Positions 24,952 through 34,654 of a stretch of 64,000 nucleotides of DNA are shown in pieces (within the stretch, counting starts at the first letter, position 1; each line of letters begins with the position of its first letter). Position numbers and translations under genes: made by a program. Location of the stretch: NCBI GenBank assembly GCA_010015805.1, contig ML978127.1, positions 248,001 to 312,000 on the forward strand, given 5' to 3'. The notes under the pieces are model-generated. The model saw only the letters and a list, made by a program, of their open reading frames with translations. It was not told the DNA's origin and ran no database searches. The DNA comes from Rhizodiscina lignyota (lineage: Eukaryota).

Positions 24952-25794
24952 TCAGAACCATCCCTTCCGTCCAAATTCCATCGGCTTCCCCTTCTGCGAA
25001 CGGTATTCTCCATTCCCCATATTCTCCTCACCAGCTTCGCGACGCCAGTGCCCTTCTCCACCGTGCTTGAAGCCCGGTTCACCCGCGCCATGCTCGGCCT
25101 TGAACTCTCTCGGGTAATGCACAACTGGGCCATGGCCCTTTTCAGCGTTGAACTGCCCGCCACTGTGCCCGAACGGATTATTCACAGGCTTCGGCTTAGC
25201 TTCCGGCTGCGCAGCACGAGGCCAATGGACACCAGAGCCCTTCTTCGATCCGGGAGGTCCCGCGTACGAGTGCCGGCCACTCTCGCCTTCCTCGCCGTGC
25301 TCATACGGCTCAGCATTGCGAGCCCAATGACCGGATCCTTTCCCTTGCTCGCCGCCAAAGCCGCCATGCTCCTTCTCCCTCTCCGCGCCGTTGCCAGATC
25401 CAAATGAACGCGCCCAACGGCCCGATCCCTTCCCGTGCTCGCCATGCTCCTGCGCCTCCTCCCCCTTTCCAAACTCTCCCTTGAGATAGTCCTTGGCATC
25501 CGTGGCGCGGCGCTGCATCCACTTGCCATACCCATTAGGAAAGCTGTCGGGAAATGCTGTTGGCTTCGGACCCCACTGCTTCTCCCACGTAGAAGGCCAT
25601 GCCTTATCTCTAGGCCACGACTTGGGGAAGCCAGTTGGTTTGGCACCCCAGGAAGAGGGCCAGTTGCTGGGATATTGCGAGGGCCAGGTGAGGTCGTTCT
25701 TCGAGTCCCCGCCGACGAATTTTTCGTAGTCGAATTTAGGCTCTGCGAGAGCGAGGGCCGCAGCGGCAAGGATGAAGAGAGAGTTGATGAACAT
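24952..25794 (-). CDS. Secreted Gly/His/Glu-rich repeat protein, putative kexin-processed peptide precursor
   Basis: Signal peptide MFINSLFILAAAALALA. Repeated units end in (H/R)-W/Y-x-R or RR. Intronless, 280 aa. Confidence 0.8.
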   Translation of the reverse strand: MFINSLFILAAAALALAEPKFDYEKFVGGDSKNDLTWPSQYPSNWPSSWGAKPTGFPKSWPRDKAWPSTWEKQWGPKPTAFPDSFPNGYGKWMQRRATDAKDYLKGEFGKGEEAQEHGEHGKGSGRWARSFGSGNGAEREKEHGGFGGEQGKGSGHWARNAEPYEHGEEGESGRHSYAGPPGSKKGSGVHWPRAAQPEAKPKPVNNPFGHSGGQFNAEKGHGPVVHYPREFKAEHGAGEPGFKHGGEGHWRREAGEENMGNGEYRSQKGKPMEFGRKGWF

Positions 25795-26834
25795 TTTTGG
25801 CAGTTTACGAGGATACGAAATGTGTTTACGAAGAAGAGTGTCAGGCCTCAGCTGGTTCGATGACGGGAACTTGAACTACACACCGTGTAGCGTCTGAAGA
25901 GAATAAAATAAGGGTGCAGGGCATTATCAACTTATGGTCGAAGAATTACGTTGCATTATAGCTGGGAAAACTGGCCCATCACATCGTTCATATTGTCCTC
26001 TGAGCATGAAAGACAACCGTGCAATAGCGAAGCCACAACCGCAGGGTCGGATGACATGAGCGAGAACGCTACTTATTTCACAAAAGAGTGTCAAACGGTT
26101 TGGGGAGCGCCTCTCCAAGATCAGAGATGAACTGGACAGTGTGTCCATATGACTGGATTTCTTTGTGCTTAATGCTGCCGAATCTGGCTGCCAAGCCGGT
26201 GAAGATGGTTGTGGCTGACGGGGCAGCTTCGTGTCATCTCAGCTTGGGAGAACGCAGTCGTTCTCTTTCAGGGAAGACTTCTAAAATTGAAACAGTGATA
26301 GGGAATCGTGAATTGTGTGTTTGATGTACTAAAAGTCCTAAATGCATTGGCTTGAACTGCTCTCGATGACGGGGGCCTCGGCGAAGACATTAAACAAAGA
26401 AACCACTCGATGCCGTGCAGATCTTATGTACACTTCCCATCAAGAGCCGCAAACAGCGGTTCAAGGTATAATTTATGCTCTTTCAGAAATAAGGTGTGAA
26501 TAAAGAGCGTAACATGTAGTAGCGCCAAGTGAGTGCAAGTGAAATTGAAGGTGGAGCTAAGCGTCTTGCCTACCTGGGGCGACGAAATCGTTGAACTCGA
26601 TTAGCTGAATAGCTCTTTTAGGAGCGAGTTTTGTTCATCAACGCGAACGAGAGCATCTCTGAAAGGTCAATTAAAGATACACCAAACAGCCTTCATCTAA
26701 AACGCGTGGCTTTACTGTGTATAATCTGAATTGATTGATGAGGGTATACATACTCGCGAGTCGACATTGTGAAGCCACGATCCAACCTTTTTATCATGCC
26801 CTTGCACACACATCCGGCAGCAATGACACTTATC

Positions 26835-29475
26835 TCATGCGTGAACGAAAGTCTCTCCATCCCAACCAAACTTGCGACCCAGCCTCCGTCCTATTCTCCT
26901 TGCGACCCAGAGCGACAGTTTTGCCTCTGGGTGCGGCTCATGAAAGTTGATGCTCCGATGAGCGCCATCCAAAACGCCTTCAAAGTGCCATACGGAACCG
27001 CACAGCTTCTCCGGGGTGAGACCGGCAGAATCCATAGCGTGGAGGAACTCACGCCAGGTCACCTCCTTGACTTGAGCAGCACTGCCGGCTTCAGAGAACA
27101 GGGTGCGGAAGACTTTAACGGCGCGCTGCGTGACCTAGATCTTCTCCTTTGGCTCAGAGTGCTGCATAGGTGCTACTCTGGCCTCCTCAGGATCGTTGTC
27201 GTCGGTCTCAGGAGCAGTGTATACAGTCTTCTGCGTCTTCTTTTTCTTTCTGCTACCTTCAGCGGCTGCTCTCTTGTCGAACTTTTCTGGTTCCACCTCT
27301 AGAACAAGAGATTGGAGAGCCTTGGTACATTCCATAGTCTGAAAAGCAGTAGGTTTTGACGCTTTGCTTTCCCAAGGAGGTGTTCGGTCCAAGGTCCTGT
27401 GACTAATACCAAGAAATTCATGAAAGGACATCTTGCTATTGATGCGAATATTTTTATCGACATAACGCCAGAACTTGTCGAGCTTGCTTTCAGCCATTCG
27501 CATTGCTGCAGTAGTTTCTTCGGTGCGCCGTTCTTCCGAAGGATAAAAGAAGCGGCCTTCAGAAGGAGTTCCGAATCGATAAAGGTCGTCCAGTGTATCA
27601 ACCTTTGCGTTAATGACCAGTATCTCGTTCATACCGTAGTCCGAGACCGCGTTATTTCCCTAATTGCTTGCAAAGTTGTAATTTGTCCAGATCCTGGCAT
27701 GGAAGAGCTCAAGCTGTCTCTGGCATTCCACGACAGTGCCAAGTTCCGCAAGGCAATCCGCTAGCCAGGAAGAAATCCGAGACTTCTGTAGAGGATTCCG
27801 AAGTATTCTGTCCATCTCATCGAGCACAATTGGCAAACCGATGTGGAAACTCGTCTCACCGCTCACTAATAGTAACGCAAGCCATGTGAGATGATCTTCA
27901 GTGTCGAACCCGAGCTTTACATCAACTCCCCCCATAGTACTCTTGAGGCCCGCAAAAGCTGTCTTCGTGTAGAGGTTCTTGTGGATACCCGGCCAGCATT
28001 TGATCCCACATTCGACATTATTCAAGGTGCAGTTTTTGACAACCTCAAGCACGCAATAGACCCTGTGCAGGGCCATTGCAAAATCCGGAAGTGGTTCGAG
28101 ATCTTGACCAGCAACGTCCGCTTGTGCTTCGTGCAATACAGCAAGGTTGTGCAACTCCTTTTCCAGCCTCGCCCAGAACACATGAGTCGTATACATGTTG
28201 GATACAAATCTGTTGATGACTCGGTTCCAAGACTGACTAATTTCCGAGTCTTTGACGTGAGCACGAACGGATTCGTCGTCAATGACCAATGCGAAAGCCG
28301 GCCAGTGAGCTCGTTCATCATTAACCTGTTCTTCAAAGTACTGCGGGTCCTCACGCAATGCCCAGATATGGTCTTCAGCCTCCTCTCGTTTACACGTCGC
28401 TAAGCACTTAAGACGCTGGAAGTCGGGCTTGCTAGGTACTCGATATGGTGCTTCTGCAATGATGGTGGCCAGAGAGAGATACTCGGAGTCAGCAGGAGCA
28501 GTTGCAGCGATGCGCTCAGGCTCCAGCGGGATTGTTATGCTATCATCGATGAGGTTGTCCAACGGCTGATCCCACAGAAGAACTTGGCAGCACTTGACCA
28601 GAAATTGAAGAAGCCTCTCTTGAAGTTCCATAATAAAAAAGCCTTTGTCCGGAGCCCACCCGTTCTGTTTGCGCTGAGCATGTACATCGGTAGCTTTCAA
28701 CACGATCGTGCCATAGCTGCCCGGTATTACTTGGTCTTCGATCAGCATCACGTATTCGAAAAGTGGACAGGTTTGTTTCGATCCACGTCTTGTGATAAGA
28801 TGCTTCACAATTCCGATACGGGAAGACTCGAGGTCTTGAAGGGCAAAACAATGAGGCAGATGGCGGCTGCGGGAGTTTAGAAGAAGTAAGAACGTCTTCC
28901 CACCTACCAAATCCTCAATATTCATGTATGTCCACATAAAATCTTCCCGCTTCGTTGATCTTTCCCTGAGGGCCCGCATGTCAGGACGGTGCTCAAGGTG
29001 CATGTCCGGCCACAGCTTGAGGAGCATCTCTTTTCGCTGGGTCTTCGATTTCTTCAACCACCTCGAACGTATCGTATCTTCATGCCTCTGCAATATCTTG
29101 TTGAGAGACATCCAAGAGTTGAATATATTCGTGGCCATCTTTCGTGCAGTGAGCATGGCACTCTCGACATCTCTTCGTGTTATCAATTCCTCAGTCTCAT
29201 CAGGAAAAGACTCATGTGTGTATCGTAGCTCGAATCTCTTCGGGAAACTTCCTCCTGTCATCGCTACAAGATCCGCTGTGACCTCTGTGGTAGACCAGGT
29301 AGATGGATCTTCCACGCGGAATAGCTGGAGATCGTCGTGGGTTGTCTGGTGCTTGGCCGCAAACAGCTTCCTAATATCCAGTGTTACTCAAGTTTTGATA
29401 CTGTACAGAATATTCTCTTATAACTCACGCCTTCAGCCTCAAGTATATCAATTCCTCCATGTTCATGGACTCCAT
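26835..29475 (-). pseudogene. Large fungal hypothetical-family gene with a C-terminal FHEPHP (HicA-like) domain, interrupted by two in-frame TAG codons
   Basis: ATG 29475, then an intron at about 29428-29371. ORFs 27660-29315, 27135-27632 and 26835-27062 are all in one frame, separated only by TAG at 27660-27662 and 27135-27137. Family-like motifs: LLLLNSRSRHLPHCFA, EAPYRVP, AEDHIWALREDP and WREFLHAM...SINFHEPHP. Confidence 0.75.
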
Positions 29476-30667
29476 AATTCCTCAGTAGAAGGACTTGGGA
29501 TGAATCTAATGGTGGTGAGAAAATGTGCGAGCTCCGAAGAAAAGTGGTGTTTGAAGAACGCGAATGCTTAAGCGAAAATCCTTGGCGTCATGGTGGGATG
29601 ACTGTGCCAGGTGGTGGCTGAAGTGGTAGAGAAATGTGAAGTGCCATGAGGTCTTCCGCGGATCCGCCACCAGCAAATAATGATTGAAGTCGAGAGAGGT
29701 AATAAGGGGAAGCTCCAAGTAACTGGCAAAAACCGTTAAAAAATTGTATGTCAGTTTTACGATAAGGAGTTGCACATGACTTGATGCTGTTGCAGCTTGC
29801 GTCGTATTCTATTTGATTCCTTCGACTTTGTCAGACCAGATACTGGATGCAGCACCTGTTGTAACATGTTCGGCCATCCGCAAAGAATCTCGCCAGAAGA
29901 AATATGGCCTGCTCAATTAATTGGGGTCAAGACGCGTTTTATTCTTTCTCTTTTCTTATTTTCCTTAATCGTTTGTGCGAAATGAAGTTTGAGAGCAGTG
30001 ACAGCAAAGAGTCCCGATATGAAATACGGAGTCACTTCATGCCTCCACAGCAGCTATCATATGAAGAACTTTATAAGCCTAGTTCAAGCTCGGTATCTCC
30101 GTCCTATAATTGTACTAGACTTGTTCCAAATCCTGCAATTGAGACACCGACAGTGAATGGCTTGGGATGAGCCTATGAGGTCGTGCATCGCCCGAATCTG
30201 TTATAATACCATCTGAACCGCCCGCGGTTGACGATCCAGCTCGTGAGTTCAACATTGCTCTGCTTCGGTTAACGAGAAAAGGCATTATGGATGCCGTCTG
30301 GTCAGATTGAAGAGTTGGGACGAACAGATGCGAGCGATGAAGTTGGGACGACGCCAAGTCGTGCGATCGGCTTCCGAAATTGGAAAGCGCAAAGATCAAT
30401 CACGTGTAATATCTTGGGAGATGGATATATAGTGCAGGAATTGACAGAAGATCATTTGATTTTCCGTAAAATTAGGTATTTAACAATCCAGAGCCAGTAT
30501 CAGGGCAAATTCGAGGCCATGCGTCAACATTGATTTCTTTTTCAGGCCTCTCTCATGTTTCTCCACACGTGCCAACTGCATAGCTCTGATGTTATGGTCA
30601 CAATGCCAATCATAATCACATTTTAGTTCTACTAGAGCGCCCGAAATCCCATCGACACCACATAAGC

Positions 30668-31453
30668 TTACAGCGCAGCCGCAATTCCTACCAAGCCCAC
30701 AGCACCCGCCGCTAATGCGCCCATTACGTTCGCCGTTGCCATAGCTGCGATACCTGTGCTTGAGGAGCTGGCCGCCGCAGCAGTGGAGGCAGAAGAAGAG
30801 CCGGAGGCGCTGCTGGAGGATGATGAGCCGCTTGAACCGGTCTGGCCGGCCTCGGTCGTATTGGCGTTGTTCTTGGTGTTGAGGTACGAGATTGAGACGC
30901 CAGTTGAGTTTTGGCAGTTCGCCTTGAAGTCGGCAGAGGAGAGAGGTGTATCGGTGAGGGTAATGTCCGCGCACTGGTTAAGTTAGATCCATTGTCTCTG
31001 GTTATAGATACCATTTTGTATGGTTGAATCGGAGCTTGATAGAAAGGGACGCAAACATACAGCGTAAAGACCCCCACTAGGGTCTCCATTCGTCACCACC
31101 TGGATCGTCGCGTTCGTACCCGCCTTCGCGTTGGGGATCCTAATGTCGCCCAAGCAGAAGAGCTGCGGGCCTCGCTCGAATAGCGTTGGAACAAGCACGG
31201 TGTGGTAGTCGGCGCCGGAGGGGTTATTGCCGAAGGCGATTAGAACTTCCACATTCGTCTCCGTGTGCTCCATGTTCAGCTGGACGGGCCCGCCGTTGAT
31301 GGGGAACTCGGTACGGTTGCTCTCCACATCGTTGAAGCCACCGCATGGATATTGTACAATCGTGTCCTCGCTGAAGCCACGGGAGTGAGGATAGTGCATT
31401 TGGAAGTGGGCAGCTGCGAGAGCCGGGAAGAGGAATGTGGTTATGCTGTACAT
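30668..31453 (-). CDS. GPI-anchored His-brace copper-binding protein, BIM1/X325 (LPMO-like) family
   Basis: A 15-aa signal peptide exposes an N-terminal His (HFQMHYPHSRGF...PCGG...RTEFP). Second His in LNMEH, then GDPSGGLYA/CADI across intron 31060-30974, a Ser-rich stalk and a hydrophobic GPI-signal tail. About 232 aa. Confidence 0.85.
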
Positions 31454-32716
31454 GTTGGGCAGGGTGGTATGACTATCACCACTGAATGTCGAGAGATGGA
31501 GGGCAATTGAGGTAAGAAGTGTATGAAAGTTGTTGCAGCTCAGAGGACAGTAAATATTAAAATGGCAAGTCTCAATTGCAGATTGTGTACACAAAAATCG
31601 CGATGGAAAGCGTGACCAAGACGATGTGAGGTCTGGTGCGAGAAAAGTTGATAGAGCTCTAGGGCGAGGGGAGTAGCTAGCGGACGGACAATACGCTCTT
31701 ACCAGAGAGGAAAATAGCTCTTTTAAAGGAATGCGGGGGTTTCCAGCGCTGTTGGACAAGCTTCCAATTTCCGTATCGCGTGTGGTGCAAATCGGCGCGG
31801 AGTGTGCTGATGAGGTGCATTCCAGCCATGTTCTAGGACAAGCTTTCTGTAAACTGCATCCACGCGCCTCACCCATGGATCAAGGGACCCTCTCCGTCAT
31901 ACCACAGTCTCAGCATCCTGCAAGTGGCGAGAAGCTTTCAATTAGCATGCTGGAACCTGCATATGTTGCCGGCTAGCGGCTCCGAAGAGCGAGGATAGCG
32001 TGCAAGTGACAAACGCCGCGGGATATACAGCTGCACCATCAAAGGCAAAGGTTCGGTTATTTTGGGTGATGAGCTTGTTTCATTCACGGCCCAACGAGCG
32101 TTTCGCCATCTAGGTGTCGCCGTAGATCAAGCCCGCCGACGCCTGGGCCCCCAGCACGTGTGGCAGGCATCGTCCAGCCTCCATGAACAGGCGGTCTGGC
32201 AGCAGTCTGCTCCGTGCTGTCGGCGGCTGGAAACATGGTGAGCTGCATGATTTGGTTACATGATTCAGGCTGAGGTGAGGTTGCTGGACGATTAAGAGTG
32301 ATGTTAATGGTGGTGGATGCTGAACGAGAGCAATTGAGCAAGTTTTCTGCGTTAGCGTCTCCATATTGAAAGCTAGCGCCGATTGGACGGCATGAGTGCT
32401 TTTCATCAATCAAGGCTGACATTATTCCCGATGAGGTGATCGCATGATCAATTCATAAATTTGGAGCTGAACGAATAATTATTTTCGTCGATGAATGGAT
32501 ATTATTGATTATGAGATTGGGAGAAACTGTTCAGATTAAACTACCGCGGGAGGTGAGTTGTTGGGGAGTATCAAGCCGAGTTACGACTATGCAGCACTAT
32601 GTAGGCCACTGCTCTCCAAGCGTATGTAGTCTACTTTCCAGTCTCATTCTCCCAATGCGAACAATGGGTGTCATATATCGTGAATCCGAAAAAATTCCAG
32701 CCATCTCATCTCTACT

Positions 32717-33378
32717 TTAATGATGCTCCTCCATGTGTACATTAAACCTTCCCACCAAGAGCTCTCCAATAAACGCGCCAGCGAGTACCGAACCGAAATA
32801 GCCAACATTAAGAGTCATGACAGCCAGCATCCTGTTGAAAATCAGTATACGTGAATGTGTCGTATGGAGCAGATAACTTACAGTAAATAGCCGACTCCAA
32901 GAATAACCATAACAAGAAATGAGCGTGGCAGATCTACGCTAAATCTCCACGGCATCGTCGCTGGTCTCGGCCTGTATGCAATCTTCACTTCCTCCTCAAT
33001 CCCATTTGCCGAGAGGACTGCTATCTTCGAATCCTGGCTTGCCCGGATGCGCTCTGACTCTGGGGTCTTGTCTGCAACGACGACATATCTTCTATTGATC
33101 GCGGCGGCCATCCAACGGTTCTCCAGTACTTGCTTGAATGCAAACAGACACCGGTAGAGGATAGCGAGGACGATAAGGAAAATGCATGCGCCGGCATATC
33201 CACCTGTTGTTGAAGGGGTGAATTGCATCGAGTATAGTGATGTGCCAGTTCCGCCAAAAAAGGTCATGCTCATATCGGACGCGGCCATCGACATGCCGGA
33301 CATGTCCATGCTAGCTGTTGTTGTTGGCATGGACATGTCCATTGACGTTGTCGCTTGTGAGAGGGGTACGGTCGACAT
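32717..33378 (-). CDS. Ctr-family copper transporter
   Basis: Met-rich ectodomain (SMDMSM..MDMSGMSM..DMSMTF), TM1 YAGACIFLIVLA, MxxxM (MLAVM) after intron 32881-32832, GxxxG (GAFIG) and a C-terminal HMEEHH. About 203 aa. Confidence 0.93.
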
Positions 33379-34654
33379 GGTGGTGTGACTTGGATAAGAT
33401 GTGGATGAAATAGAGGATGGAAAGCTCCTGTCAAGTTGTCCAGCAACTCTGTGTCTTGAAGTATAGGGACTAAGAGTGGCGATTCTAAGTCGATATGTAT
33501 GTACGTGTTCGAGGATCGATTGTAGCGTAAGCTTCTAGGGCTCGAATTGGGTCGTGGAGATGTCAGAATGAGTAAGTTTGCTCTCGTAGTTATCGAAATA
33601 ATATCTCCCTCGTCGAAGCCGGCAGAAGGCCGTCCGGAACGTTCCCAGTCTTGAATCGCGGGTGATACTGGTCAAGGTTATGCGCAGCTGTAGTCGAGCC
33701 AAATGCGGCTGGTGGAAACGTTCTCCGCACCCAGAAGTGTGAAACGATGAAACGAAAAACTCCGATCACACGAAGGGCAAGCTATTTGAAAGGGCACGAT
33801 CGTCACTTCTTCCCTTGCTTTACCACAGCCCTAGCGGAAGAGAGTCTATGCTTGGGAGTCGACGGAAAGAACAGATGATAGTAGCTATTGGAATGCAGTC
33901 ATTCTGGGCACTTGGCTCCTAAAAAATAGAAATGGCCTACCCGGATGCGAGAATTGCGGCAAGAGCGGGCCATTATCAGAGGATTTGCGCAAGATACAGC
34001 TGGTTTACAAACTGCATTGTTGCCGTTGGGGTGGATAAGGAAAGGCAGGTGTGACTTCGGGCCTTTTGTTTTTGAGGGCGATTGAGCTGGTTTTCATTGG
34101 CTGCGAGTCGGCACAATGCATCGCTCTGCAGTGGCCACATAAAACAGACAAGGCCCAGAAACAAACGCCAAATGATAAACTAGTGTCTGACGACGGCAAA
34201 GCCCATGCGCAGAATTGCTATAGACCGCTTCCTTCGAACGTGCTCCGGGACATGCTCCCGGTGAGACTGAGCCAAGTACCTTGACAAATTGCTCGATTCC
34301 AGTGACCATCTTCTCTCTTTTCTTCGCGAATTCCAGGAATTGACATCAAAGGCTGGAACCCCAAGACCGGATCGTCGACGTTCCGCCTGGAATTTTGCGC
34401 GTTTGCTGTATCGGCACATCAGACACAACCAAAGGTCTGTCGCAACTCCTCACTTCTTGGCCCGGAAGCTCTTTGGCGTTACCTTTCTTTCACCCCATAC
34501 TGCGAAGCTGTATACATTCCGTATTCGAATAGAATGAATTGAGTGATCGGGAGAATCTCCGTGGATATATACGCGAGTTCTGGCCATATCTCTACATTCT
34601 TTTATCCCGCACATTCCCGGCGCTATCGACCTTGGTCATTAAACTGCAGTCAAG
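33379..34654. promoter_or_regulatory. Bidirectional Ctr/FRE promoter with Mac1-type CuRE-like elements
   Basis: TTTGCGCA at 33984-33991 and TTTGCGCG at 34394-34401 match the yeast TTTGC(T/G)C(A/G) consensus. Near matches TTTGCTCT at 33577-33584 and ATTGCTCG at 34288-34295. Confidence 0.5.

Noticed and set aside
31454..31876. 141-aa N-terminal extension of the BIM1-like ORF
   Set aside because: The signal peptide and His1 fit the ATG at 31453; the upstream part reads as promoter and 5' UTR.
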